Shown piece by piece: positions 40,544-50,121 of a stretch of DNA of 64,000 bases. The notes beneath the pieces are model-generated. The model was not told the origin of the DNA and ran no database searches. It worked only from the letters and a program-made list of their open reading frames with translations. Position 1 is the first letter of the stretch; every line of letters begins with the position of its first letter. Where the stretch lies: the NCBI GenBank assembly GCA_963677925.2, contig CAXXYH010000004.1, forward strand, positions 672,001 through 736,000, given 5' to 3'. The stretch is from Spirochaetia bacterium (GTDB lineage: Bacteria; Spirochaetota; Spirochaetia; UBA9216). The translations under genes were made by a program, and so were the position numbers.

Positions 40544-42802
40544 ATGATCAGAAAACGCATCATTGTCTTTCCTGCAGCAGCCCTTCTCCTGTTTCTAACC
40601 GGATGGCTGCTGCTCAAGTTTACTCCATATCCGCAGTGGGATTCGTTTTCCCAAAGACCCTACAGTCCGGTGCTGACTGATGTTCAGGGCACTGAGCTGC
40701 GGGTTCTTCCTCTTGATAATGGTCTTCGAAGGATCTACAAACCTCTTGAAGATTATCCTGATTACCTTGTCGATATTTTTATTGCTGCTGAGGATCACCG
40801 TTTTTACCATCATCCCGGAGTAGATGTTATGGCGATAATGCGTGCAGCGAAACAGAATGCTGATGCCGGACGTATTGTCTCCGGGGCTTCAACAATTTCA
40901 ATGCAGCTTGCCGGAATGGCTGTGGCTGAAGCAGGAGCTGGAGATGTAAATCTGCATAGTAAACTTTCTGAAGCCTACGGTGCTCTTAGGCTTGAGGCTC
41001 GATATTCAAAGAAGGAGCTGCTTGAGATATGGCTTGCATCGCTTCCATTCGGACACAATGTCGAAGGTGCAGCTGCTGCGGCAAGACATTACTTTGGTAC
41101 GGAAGTTAAAAATCTTTCACCAGAGCAGGCGCTTCTGCTTGCTGTAATTCCCCGCCGGCCGGAACTTTATGCCCCCTCCGCCCATCCGGATAAAGCCGTT
41201 GAGGCTGCATTGGCACTTAGTCTGCAGCTGACCTTCGAAATATCTGAAGATTGCCTTCGGGATGCTGCTGCCGGGGCTTCTGATGCCGAGGCTTACTGGC
41301 CGAATGAGGCCCCCCATTTTGTTAACTGGGTACAGTCGCAATTAACCCCGGATTTTTATACAACGGGGATGCCGGTACGGACAACTCTGGATCTTGAAGC
41401 CCAGCATATTCTTCAGTCGGCGCTCAACGCCAGGGTAGAAACTGCAGGACATTACCGGATAAGCAACGGTGCCGGACTGGTAATCGATGCCCAAACCGGA
41501 GGAGTCCTTGCCTGGGCGGGATCTACTGATTTTTATAACGACAGTATATCGGGCCAGATTGACGGGGTCCGGATTCTCAGACAGCCGGGGTCAACGCTTA
41601 AACCCTTCCTCTATTCGCTTGCTCTGGAATCAGGGTTCACGGCGGCTTCAATACTGCCTGATATCCCTATGACCTTCGGTAATGAAGAGGTTTATATTCC
41701 CCAGAACTATAACCAGAGGTTCAACGGCCCTGTAAGGCTGCGGACAGCCCTTTCTTCATCATTGAATATTCCGGCGGTCTATCTCGCAGAAAAACTTGGT
41801 GTCAGCGTGTTTGCAGATCTTCTGATTAGCCTCGGCTTTGAATCACTGAAGTCTCAGCGGAACAGCCTGGGTGTGGGGATAGCCCTTGGAAATGCAGAGG
41901 TTTCTCTTTTTGAACTTGTGCAGGCGTACTCGGTCTTTCCCGGAAACGGAATTCCGGCAGCAGTTCACTGGCAGGCTGAATACCAGGAGTCAGTTTCTGG
42001 GTCGGTTCAAACCGAGGTTGTCTGCGGGGACAGGGTTTTCAGCACTGATACTATGTTTTTAATACGTGATATTCTATCGGACAATGTTTCCCGTATTCTT
42101 GCCTTCGGCCGCCGCAGAATGGGAACTGAGGGTTTTGATGCAATGCTTAAAACCGGAACCTCCAATCAGTTCAATAACATCTGGGCTGTGGGTGCAACAC
42201 CTTCGGTTGTCTGCGGGATATGGATGGGTAATTTCTCCGGCGAGACGGTCATAGGCAGCCCGGGCAGCGGACTGCCCGCTGAGGCTGTCACCTCAGTGCT
42301 GAACAGTCTCCAGAAGGGTGAAAAGTTTCCGCAGCCTGCCGGTCTTCACCAGGTTGCAGTTTGTCCTATCTCTGGCGGCGCAGTAACGGATGCCTGCCCG
42401 TCCTCTATGTCAGAATGGTTCCGTATTGCTGAAGAGCCTGAACCCTGCAGTTTTCACCGTAAAGAGGGCGGCATGAGCAGCATAGTTTATCCGCCGGAGT
42501 ACAGCAGCTGGGCTCAGATGTACGGGATTGATTTTAAGACAGAAGCCAGTGGCACAGGGCTTTCCATTACAGCTCCGGCGGACGGTTCGGTCTTCTTTTA
42601 CGACAGCTCCCTTCCGGCCGGCGGGCAGGCCGTGCCGGTTGAAGTTCAGGGAAGGGCTTATGCTGTTCTTTCTGTAAATGGAAAAAGAGTAAGCGAGGGA
42701 CAGCTCCCTCTCCGCTGGTTTCTGCCTGTGAAGCCGGGAACCTATATCCTCGAGGCAGAAACTGCAGACGGCAGGGATTCTGTAACGGTCAGAATACGCT
42801 GA
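40544..42802 (+). CDS. pbpC: Penicillin-binding protein 1C
   Basis: Transglycosylase EDHRFYHHPGVD and GASTISMQLA; transpeptidase STLK, SLN, KTGT; PBP1C C-terminal domain; adjacent to the macroglobulin gene. Confidence 0.93.
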   Translation: MIRKRIIVFPAAALLLFLTGWLLLKFTPYPQWDSFSQRPYSPVLTDVQGTELRVLPLDNGLRRIYKPLEDYPDYLVDIFIAAEDHRFYHHPGVDVMAIMRAAKQNADAGRIVSGASTISMQLAGMAVAEAGAGDVNLHSKLSEAYGALRLEARYSKKELLEIWLASLPFGHNVEGAAAAARHYFGTEVKNLSPEQALLLAVIPRRPELYAPSAHPDKAVEAALALSLQLTFEISEDCLRDAAAGASDAEAYWPNEAPHFVNWVQSQLTPDFYTTGMPVRTTLDLEAQHILQSALNARVETAGHYRISNGAGLVIDAQTGGVLAWAGSTDFYNDSISGQIDGVRILRQPGSTLKPFLYSLALESGFTAASILPDIPMTFGNEEVYIPQNYNQRFNGPVRLRTALSSSLNIPAVYLAEKLGVSVFADLLISLGFESLKSQRNSLGVGIALGNAEVSLFELVQAYSVFPGNGIPAAVHWQAEYQESVSGSVQTEVVCGDRVFSTDTMFLIRDILSDNVSRILAFGRRRMGTEGFDAMLKTGTSNQFNNIWAVGATPSVVCGIWMGNFSGETVIGSPGSGLPAEAVTSVLNSLQKGEKFPQPAGLHQVAVCPISGGAVTDACPSSMSEWFRIAEEPEPCSFHRKEGGMSSIVYPPEYSSWAQMYGIDFKTEASGTGLSITAPADGSVFFYDSSLPAGGQAVPVEVQGRAYAVLSVNGKRVSEGQLPLRWFLPVKPGTYILEAETADGRDSVTVRIR

Positions 42803-42852
42803 CAATATATGATCGCCGGCACAGCTGCTGCTGAGACTTGAATTAGCGCATT

Positions 42853-44235
42853 TCAGTATTCCTGCATCGGCTTATCTGCCTTAGTTGCAAGCAGTCTTGC
42901 TGATATCTTTTTTGCTTCATTCAGAAGCCCCCTGTAATCAGCTGTCAGAAGTTTTCCGTCTTCGACTAACATTCTGCCGCTAACAATTACACTGTGGATA
43001 TTTCTGCCGTCCAGACTGTAGAGGATGTCTGCATAAAGGTTGTTTCCAGGAAACATCGAGGGGGTCTCTGTATCAATAAGGACAAGGTCGGCCGGGGCTC
43101 CGGGCACAATCTTTCCGTAGTTCGGAAGGCCCAAAGCTCTTCCTCCGCTGAACAGCAGCGGCAGAACTTCTCCTATCCCTGCTTTCTCGGCATTTCCTGA
43201 AGAGCTTTTTCCCATGAGGGCTGCAAGCCTTGCGGCTTCAAAAAGGTTCAGAGTTGAATTGCTGGCCGCCCCGTCAGTTCCGAGTGCGACTGCAGCTCCT
43301 GTCTCAAGAGTCCTGGGCAGGAAGTTATGGGAATCACCGAAGCGAAGATAGGTTTTAGGGCAGTGGGCTGATATGCAGCTGCTTTCTGCCAGTATTTTCA
43401 AATCACTGTCGGTGGCATAATAAGAGTGAGCAAGTATGGTCGGCAGGTCGTCAAAGGATGCACTGCCGGCAGCGGACCCGGCATTTATGCACGGCCGGAG
43501 TACCCCCGTATCACGAAGAACCTCTATCGGGGTTTTTCCGTGTGCATTCATCGAAGCTCTTACCTGAGCCTCTTCCTCTGATACATGGATATGCAGCTTC
43601 ATTTTTTCATCAGCTGCAATGCTTGCAATGCGTTTCAGAAAATCATCCGGACAGAGATAGGGTGAGTGCGGTCCCATTGATATATTAATCAGCGGTGACT
43701 TGCCGCGGTATGCGGAATTGAAAGCAAGGGCTTTTTCAAGCTCGGGATCAACCTGATCTCCGAAGCCGAAAACAGCCCAGCAGAGGTCGGCCCGCATTCC
43801 AAGCTCAGCATATGCCTGCCATGCTCTGTCCATTGCAAAGTAATGATCTGCAACGGCGGTAATTCCGTTTAAAAGCATCTCGGCCCCGCCTAAAAGTGTT
43901 CCGGTGTATACGTCATCGGGTGTAAGACTCTGCTCATAGATCCATATATGCTTATTAAACCACTCTGCAGAATTGCAGTCTTCTGCGGTTCCCCGAAGCA
44001 GAGTCATTGCCGTGTGGGCATGCATATTGACCATTCCCGGAATCAGGACCATGCCCCGGCCGTCAATTATGCTTTCGTTGGTATCGGCTTCTGTATCGGA
44101 ACTGTTTGAATACGCTTCAACCGATACGATGTAACCCTTATCGATTTTGACGGTCATCCCTTCTGAAATGCTCAGATCAAAAAAATCCGGAATTCTTACA
44201 TTCCGGATTTCAGTTACTGTATTTGATTTTTTCAT
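42853..44235 (-). CDS. Amidohydrolase of the MTA/SAH/nucleoside deaminase type
   Basis: NMHAHTAM, PHSPY, HIHVSE, LGTDGAASN, GAPADLV. Confidence 0.85.
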   Translation of the reverse strand: MKKSNTVTEIRNVRIPDFFDLSISEGMTVKIDKGYIVSVEAYSNSSDTEADTNESIIDGRGMVLIPGMVNMHAHTAMTLLRGTAEDCNSAEWFNKHIWIYEQSLTPDDVYTGTLLGGAEMLLNGITAVADHYFAMDRAWQAYAELGMRADLCWAVFGFGDQVDPELEKALAFNSAYRGKSPLINISMGPHSPYLCPDDFLKRIASIAADEKMKLHIHVSEEEAQVRASMNAHGKTPIEVLRDTGVLRPCINAGSAAGSASFDDLPTILAHSYYATDSDLKILAESSCISAHCPKTYLRFGDSHNFLPRTLETGAAVALGTDGAASNSTLNLFEAARLAALMGKSSSGNAEKAGIGEVLPLLFSGGRALGLPNYGKIVPGAPADLVLIDTETPSMFPGNNLYADILYSLDGRNIHSVIVSGRMLVEDGKLLTADYRGLLNEAKKISARLLATKADKPMQEY

Positions 44236-44237
44236 AA

Positions 44238-45185
44238 TCAGCCTGCGAGTTTTTTATCGAGTTTCCTGACTGCATCCATCATGATGGACATGAACAGATC
44301 ATTGTCGACCTTCATGGCCACCTTGCAGTTAGGAGTTTTGCCTGTTACTCCGTACACGTCAGCCACGGTCTGGCCCCTTGTCAGTTCTCCCTGTGTTTCA
44401 ATATCTACAAACATGGTTTCAAGTTCAACGACCTTAGGGTTGATGAGTGTAGCCACGGTAAGTGCATCATGAATGGGAGCACCTTCAATGCCGAAATAGT
44501 TCAGGTTTGCCTGGGCAAAGAACTTCATAAGCGGTCCTACCACCGATGAAATCTTTCCGCCCCAGCTGCTGATTTCTTCTGTCTGTGCAAAACTCATCAG
44601 AGACTTGTTTGTTACATCCAGTCCGACCATGGTGACCGGCAGGCCGGAAAGGAATACTTCGCGGGCGGCTTCAGGATCAACAAAGATGTTGAATTCGGCT
44701 CCTGGTGTCATGTTGCTGTCGTATACGGCGCCGCCCATGAGGACAACTTCTTTTACATTCTTTTTAATCTCAGGCGCTTTGATAAATGCAAGGCCTATGT
44801 TGGTAAGCGGCCCGGTCGGAACCAGGGTAACCTTCTCTGCAGAGGCTTTTACGGTGTCGACTATGAAATCAACAGCATGGCAGTCAAGAAATGGTGCGTC
44901 GGGATTCGGGAGTTCCGCACCGTCCAGGCCGGAGGTTCCGTGAATCTGCGGTGCAGTGATAAGTTCTCTGATAATGGGCCGGTCTGCGCCGCGCGCAAGC
45001 GGGATGTCATGCCGATCTATCAGGGTAAGAACCCTGCGGGCATTCTCAAATGTTTTTTCGCCGGTTTGATTTCCGGCCACTGTGGTTATCCCCAGTATTT
45101 CAAGCTCCGGGCTTGCTGCGGCAAGCATTATTGCCATCATGTCATCATGCCCCGGATCGCAGTCAAGTATTATCTTTGTGCTCAT
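44238..45185 (-). CDS. Inosine/uridine-preferring nucleoside hydrolase
   Basis: DCDPGHDD, IHGTSGL, PTGPLTN, AEFNIFVDPEAA, HD. Confidence 0.95.
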   Translation of the reverse strand: MSTKIILDCDPGHDDMMAIMLAAASPELEILGITTVAGNQTGEKTFENARRVLTLIDRHDIPLARGADRPIIRELITAPQIHGTSGLDGAELPNPDAPFLDCHAVDFIVDTVKASAEKVTLVPTGPLTNIGLAFIKAPEIKKNVKEVVLMGGAVYDSNMTPGAEFNIFVDPEAAREVFLSGLPVTMVGLDVTNKSLMSFAQTEEISSWGGKISSVVGPLMKFFAQANLNYFGIEGAPIHDALTVATLINPKVVELETMFVDIETQGELTRGQTVADVYGVTGKTPNCKVAMKVDNDLFMSIMMDAVRKLDKKLAG

Positions 45186-46171
45186 CAGTTTGCTCCTTCA
45201 GGCGTTTGTCCGGTATCCGTCCCGGAGTTTTCTTTATCTTCTTCGACAGAAACATCAGCTTCCTTCTTCTTTTTGATAGCACGGCCCGAGAATACGGCAA
45301 GTGCTACGACTGTTATAAGATAAGGAATCAGCTGGATCAGCTCTGAGGGGATGTTCAGCGATGCAATATATATTGCAACAGCAGATACGAGGGCAAAAAA
45401 CAGTGAGGAAATCATTGTGCCTACAGGCATCATTCCGCCGAGTGTTGCCGCTGCAATTGCGATGAATCCTCGTCCTGCGGTCATGTCCCGGCTGAACCAT
45501 GAAACATAACCCATTGAAAGGTAGAGCCCGCCGAAGGCGGCGAACATTCCCGAAAGCATTAAAGCGTAGGTCTTTGTTCTATTGACGTTTATTCCAACAG
45601 ATTCAGCCGCATTCGGGTTCTGGCCTACAGCCCGTATCCGCAGCCCCAGCGGAGTCTTGAACATCAGAATATAGAACAGAAAGACTGAAATAAGGGCAAG
45701 ATATGTAAGGACATTGTGTCCGCTTATTATTTCACCCAGAACAGGGATTTTGTTTATCAGCGGAATTTCAATATTAGGGAATACCAGGCTTTTAAGCGAT
45801 GAGGTTGATCCCTTGTCTCCGGTAAACATATAAAGCAGGAAGATTGTGATTCCCGATGCGAACATGTTCAGCGCGACCGCGGACAGGAAGATATCAGCCT
45901 TAAGCTTCAGATGGAAATAAGCAAGAATCAGGCACAGAAGAACCCCTGCGGCAATTCCTGCCAAAAGAGCAAGCCAGAGGCTTCCGGTGAATGCTCCGAC
46001 TATTACGCCGAAAAAGGCTGCTATAAGCATGGCCCCTTCCATAGCGATGTTCTGTGAGCCGGCCATTGTACTGACAGCAATTCCGAGAGCCGGAAAAAGC
46101 AGAGGGGTCATAACACGCAGGATTGCAAAGCCGAAGTTTACCGAGAAAAAGCTTTTGAAAAGTTCATTCAT
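45185..46171 (-). CDS. Nucleoside ABC transporter permease (NupC-like)
   Basis: NIAMEG, GLRIRAVGQNPNAAESVGINV, GRGFIAIAA, LIPY. Confidence 0.92.
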   Translation of the reverse strand: MNELFKSFFSVNFGFAILRVMTPLLFPALGIAVSTMAGSQNIAMEGAMLIAAFFGVIVGAFTGSLWLALLAGIAAGVLLCLILAYFHLKLKADIFLSAVALNMFASGITIFLLYMFTGDKGSTSSLKSLVFPNIEIPLINKIPVLGEIISGHNVLTYLALISVFLFYILMFKTPLGLRIRAVGQNPNAAESVGINVNRTKTYALMLSGMFAAFGGLYLSMGYVSWFSRDMTAGRGFIAIAAATLGGMMPVGTMISSLFFALVSAVAIYIASLNIPSELIQLIPYLITVVALAVFSGRAIKKKKEADVSVEEDKENSGTDTGQTPEGAN

Positions 46172-47232
46172 TTTGCAGCCTCCTCGCGTTCAGCCTGGCG
46201 TCTGGTAATCCGGTACTTCCACTGTCCTAGGAAGGCCTCTGCTGTAATCAGAAGGATAATGAGCGACTGAATTACGTTTACAAGTTCAGCCGGAACATCC
46301 CCCATCAGGTTCAGCACCTGTCCCCCGACGCGGAGGTAGGCAAGAAGCAGTGATGAAAAAATTATAAGGATTGGGTGGCTTCGGCCTATGATGGCAACGA
46401 TAATTCCGTCCCAGCCGTAGCCGGGCTGGTTCTGCCAGAGAAAGCGTCCGTGTATACCCATAACCTCACTCATTCCGCCGATTCCTGAAATAAAACCGAG
46501 CAGGACCTGTGAAAGGATTATTACCTTTATGATGTTGATACCGCCGAAGCGGGCAAAGTTTTTATTGTATCCGGTCTGCCTGAACTCATAACCGCTTGTT
46601 GTGTGGTAAAGAAAGTAGTAGGCGGCCAGGGCTATAATCAGCGCAAGAATGATACCGAAGTGCATTCTCGTTCCCGGCAGAAACTGTGCAAAAAGCGCTG
46701 TTTCGGGAAGCCTCAGCGATACCAGGAATCCGGCATCCTTGTCACGGAAGTGAGAGTTGATCAGGTATAAACTGAAATAGAATGCGACATAGTTCATCAT
46801 AAGCGATGATACAAGTTCGCTGGCGTTCCATTTTGCCTTCAGGATACCCGGAATCAGACTCCATACAGCACCCGTTACACCGGCTACTATGAGAACCAGA
46901 GGTATGTGAAGAATAGCGGGCATGTTGGTTGAAACAGCAAAGGCTGTTCCGACTGCCGCTGCAATTATAAATGAACCTTCGGCACCCAGGTTGAACTGGT
47001 CGGCCTGAAATGATACCGCAATGGCGACACCGCAGAATATCATCGGCGCGGCCATTTCAAATATATTGAAAAGTCTTCCCTTTGAAGCTATCGGTCCGGT
47101 AAAGAAGTATTTCAGCGACTCTCCGGGATATTCACTTATCAGGTAGATCATCAGTATCGTTACAACCACACCGATAATCAGGGCGATCATTACGCGGATA
47201 AGCGTAAAATATTTAAGAATCCATTTTTCCAC
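46168..47232 (-). CDS. Nucleoside ABC transporter permease (NupB-like)
   Basis: FNLGAEG, ELVSSLMMNY, GYGWDGIIVA. Confidence 0.92.
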   Translation of the reverse strand: MEKWILKYFTLIRVMIALIIGVVVTILMIYLISEYPGESLKYFFTGPIASKGRLFNIFEMAAPMIFCGVAIAVSFQADQFNLGAEGSFIIAAAVGTAFAVSTNMPAILHIPLVLIVAGVTGAVWSLIPGILKAKWNASELVSSLMMNYVAFYFSLYLINSHFRDKDAGFLVSLRLPETALFAQFLPGTRMHFGIILALIIALAAYYFLYHTTSGYEFRQTGYNKNFARFGGINIIKVIILSQVLLGFISGIGGMSEVMGIHGRFLWQNQPGYGWDGIIVAIIGRSHPILIIFSSLLLAYLRVGGQVLNLMGDVPAELVNVIQSLIILLITAEAFLGQWKYRITRRQAEREEAAK

Positions 47233-48763
47233 TTGCCGCCTCCTCTTTTTTTACTCCAAGCATATAGGGGCCAAGATCTACATCGTTTATCTTTGAAGCA
47301 TCCTTGAAATGTCCGGTAATCTGTCCGTTGTATATTGCAATTACCCTGTTTGAAAGTTTAAGAACTTCATCAAGGTCTGCAGATATCAGGAAGATTGCCT
47401 TGCCTTCATCCCTGGCTTTTTTCAGCAGGTTGTGAATAAGTTCTTCCGAGCCTATATCGACACCCCTGGTAGGCTGTGATGCAATTATTACTTCCGGGTT
47501 TGAAGTAAGTTCCCTTGCAACTACAACCTTCTGAATGTTACCGCCTGAGAGTGAGCCTACGCTTGTTTTTGAGTTCTTTGTAAGAATGTTAAACTGCTTA
47601 ATCAGGTCTTTGCTTTGCTGCGCTATGAATTTCCAGTTCAGTTTACCCTTTGAACTGTATTTATCCATGTAATATCTGTCTACTATGAGGTTTTCTTCAA
47701 CGGATGTAACTTCGGCAACCCCGTTCTCCATACGGTCTTCGGGTATATGAGCGATACCCTGTTCTCGTACCTGTCTCGGTGTTTTCTTAAGAAGCGAGAC
47801 CCCGTCAAGTGTTACCGAACCGGAATCCGGCTCAAGAAGCCCGGCTATGATTTCGGCCAGCTCAGACTGTCCGTTGCCTTCAACACCGGCAAGACCCAGA
47901 ATCTCTCCGGCACGGATATCAAAATCTATACCTTTCAGGACTTCCACATTGTCCTCGTCGGTATATCTGAGGCCTCTGACCGCAAGCTTTGTTTCTCCGA
48001 TATTTTCGGGAGCCGGGATTCTTTCGGTATTTATTTCACGCCCGACCATCAATGATGCTATTTTTTCTTCATCAAGACCTTCCATGTCTCTGGTAACAAT
48101 AGCCTTTGCATCACGCATGACAGTTATGCGGTCGGCTACACGTGTTACTTCGGAAAGCTTGTGAGTTATAAAGATTATGGTTTTTCCGGCAGCCTTGAGC
48201 CCGTCAAGGGTTTTGAATAGAACGTCCGTTTCCTGGGGGGTAAGAACTGCGGTCGGCTCATCAAGAATCAGTATCTCTGCATTCCTGGCGAGGGCTTTAA
48301 GAATTTCCACTCTCTGCCTAACGCCGATGGCCAGATCCTTTATCTTCTTTTCTGCGGGAACGGCAAGGCCGTATTTCTCTGCTGCCTCTTTGCAGACTTT
48401 GACCGCTGACTGGGAATCAAGAAAGAGTTTTCCCTTTTTCGGCTCCATGCCGAGAACAAGATTTTCCGCGACCGTTAGATCGGGAGCAAGCATAAGGTGC
48501 TGGTGCACCATTCCTATTCCGGCGGCTATAGCGTCACGCGGATTGGAGAAGCTTACTTTTTTCCCCTTGTATGTGATACTTCCGTCCTGATACGGAGTAA
48601 TGCCGAAAAGGACTTTCATAAGGGTGCTTTTACCGGCACCGTTTTCACCTACGAGGGCATGGATGCTGTTTTCCTGCACATCCATAGATACATTCCGGTT
48701 TGCTATAACCCCGTCGGGATAGACCTTGAAAATATCTTTTATCTCCAGGATGTTGTTTTTCAT
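47213..48763 (-). CDS. Nucleoside ABC transporter ATP-binding protein with two NBDs (NupA-like)
   Basis: GENGAGKS, ILDEPTAVL, LSGGNIQK, QPTRGVD. Confidence 0.95.
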   Translation of the reverse strand: MKNNILEIKDIFKVYPDGVIANRNVSMDVQENSIHALVGENGAGKSTLMKVLFGITPYQDGSITYKGKKVSFSNPRDAIAAGIGMVHQHLMLAPDLTVAENLVLGMEPKKGKLFLDSQSAVKVCKEAAEKYGLAVPAEKKIKDLAIGVRQRVEILKALARNAEILILDEPTAVLTPQETDVLFKTLDGLKAAGKTIIFITHKLSEVTRVADRITVMRDAKAIVTRDMEGLDEEKIASLMVGREINTERIPAPENIGETKLAVRGLRYTDEDNVEVLKGIDFDIRAGEILGLAGVEGNGQSELAEIIAGLLEPDSGSVTLDGVSLLKKTPRQVREQGIAHIPEDRMENGVAEVTSVEENLIVDRYYMDKYSSKGKLNWKFIAQQSKDLIKQFNILTKNSKTSVGSLSGGNIQKVVVARELTSNPEVIIASQPTRGVDIGSEELIHNLLKKARDEGKAIFLISADLDEVLKLSNRVIAIYNGQITGHFKDASKINDVDLGPYMLGVKKEEAASGKMDS

Positions 48764-48820
48764 ATTTCCTCTTTTATTAGGAAGTAAGACCCCTTAAATG
48801 ATAGTGGGGTTCGCTGATGT

Positions 48821-48854
48821 AAAAGAAACCCGGAACAGGCTACGCTGTCCCGGG
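48821..48854 (-). terminator. Intra-operon hairpin/partial terminator after the BMP gene
   Basis: Minus strand CCCGGGACAG-loop-CTGTTCCGGG followed by TTTCTTTT. Confidence 0.7.
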
Positions 48855-48871
48855 CATATGTATTAGTAAAA

Positions 48872-49948
48872 TTAGAAAGCGGATGAAACCTTGATTTCTC
48901 CGGCAAGAATTTTCTGTTCAATTTCATCAATCTTTGCCTGGAATTCTTTGGGTACTACCTTGAGGTAGTTTTCATTTTTGGCAATACCTACACCGCCTTC
49001 AGCAATACCGAGGTATTCAGCTTCGCCGTAAACAAGTGTTCCTTCCTGATGCATCTTGATTCCTCTGTAGAGAGAGTTACCGACATTTTTAAGCATTGAA
49101 GTGATGATATTTGCAGCCTTTTCAGGATCGCTTTCCGCAAAAAGAGCATACTGGTCAGAGTCTACACCGAAGGTGTATTTGCTTCTTTCTTTTGCAGCAT
49201 CGAGTCCGCCGAGTCCGGTTTCTCCTGCTACGTTAAAAGAAATGTCTGCGCCCTGGTCAAAGAATGCAAGGGTAAGCTCTTTACCCTTTGCAGGGTCATT
49301 CCATGCTCCGGCGTATGCAACTTTAACGTCGATTGCAGGGTCAATGTAGGCAGCGCCTTCCATGTATCCGATTTTGAAGTCGTTGATAACATCAATATCC
49401 ATACCGCCGAGGAATCCGATTGTCTTGTCTTTATTTGCTTTAGGCATTGATGATTCAGTAATCATTGCTCCAAGAGCTCCTACGAGGAATGATGCCTCAT
49501 TCTGCATATACATGATTGAATATACGTTGCCGAGGTTTCCGTTGCTGTAGGTTACTGTTGTGTCGTATGTAAAAAACTTTTTATCCGGATGCTGGGGAGC
49601 CAGCTTTTCAAGAATCTCCTGGGTCTGCCAGGTTCCTGCAATGATTATGTCCCAGTCACCTTCACAAAGCTGAGTAATATCCGGTTCCCATCTTGAAGCG
49701 TCGTAACCGCCCTCAATTACCTTAGCTCTGATTCCGAGATCCTTTTCAGCTCTTTTTACACCGTCTGATGCAGAGTCAAAAAAAGATTTGTCGCCGAGTG
49801 TTCCGTTAAGATACAGAACAACCTTAAGCTGTTCAGCCTTTGCTGAGCCGTCTGTTGAAGCGCCTTCCTGACTTCCGCCTGCGAATACGGTTGTGCCTGC
49901 GAATACCATCAGGATGCAGATGAGTACTGAAATGATAGTTTTTTTCAT
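48872..49948 (-). CDS. BMP/PnrA-family nucleoside-binding protein
   Basis: GTLGDKSFFDS, SFLVGALGA, AGETGLG, GVDSDQ, TSMLKNV; start corrected to 49948 (SD GGAGG). Confidence 0.93.
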   Translation of the reverse strand: MKKTIISVLICILMVFAGTTVFAGGSQEGASTDGSAKAEQLKVVLYLNGTLGDKSFFDSASDGVKRAEKDLGIRAKVIEGGYDASRWEPDITQLCEGDWDIIIAGTWQTQEILEKLAPQHPDKKFFTYDTTVTYSNGNLGNVYSIMYMQNEASFLVGALGAMITESSMPKANKDKTIGFLGGMDIDVINDFKIGYMEGAAYIDPAIDVKVAYAGAWNDPAKGKELTLAFFDQGADISFNVAGETGLGGLDAAKERSKYTFGVDSDQYALFAESDPEKAANIITSMLKNVGNSLYRGIKMHQEGTLVYGEAEYLGIAEGGVGIAKNENYLKVVPKEFQAKIDEIEQKILAGEIKVSSAF

Positions 49949-49978
49949 TCCATAATCCTCCAATTTAAGTATTACTTC

Positions 49979-50007
49979 AATTGTAGTTTGCTTCATACTT
50001 TATGTAA
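49979..50007 (-). promoter_or_regulatory. Sigma-70-type promoter of the nucleoside operon
   Basis: Minus strand TTTACA-N17-TACAAT. Confidence 0.55.
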
Positions 50008-50121
50008 ACCAAAAAGTTGCTTATATCTTCCTGTCGTTTTTGAATTAAAATATTTAATTGCTCATGTTTGAATCGCGGGAGATCGATTTTATTTATATAA
50101 AAGTATATTGAAGGAGAAAAA

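Noticed and set aside
49949-50121. Purine riboswitch upstream of the nucleoside operon
   Set aside because: The likely promoter leaves a leader of only about 25 nt, and no aptamer core or paired stems are visible
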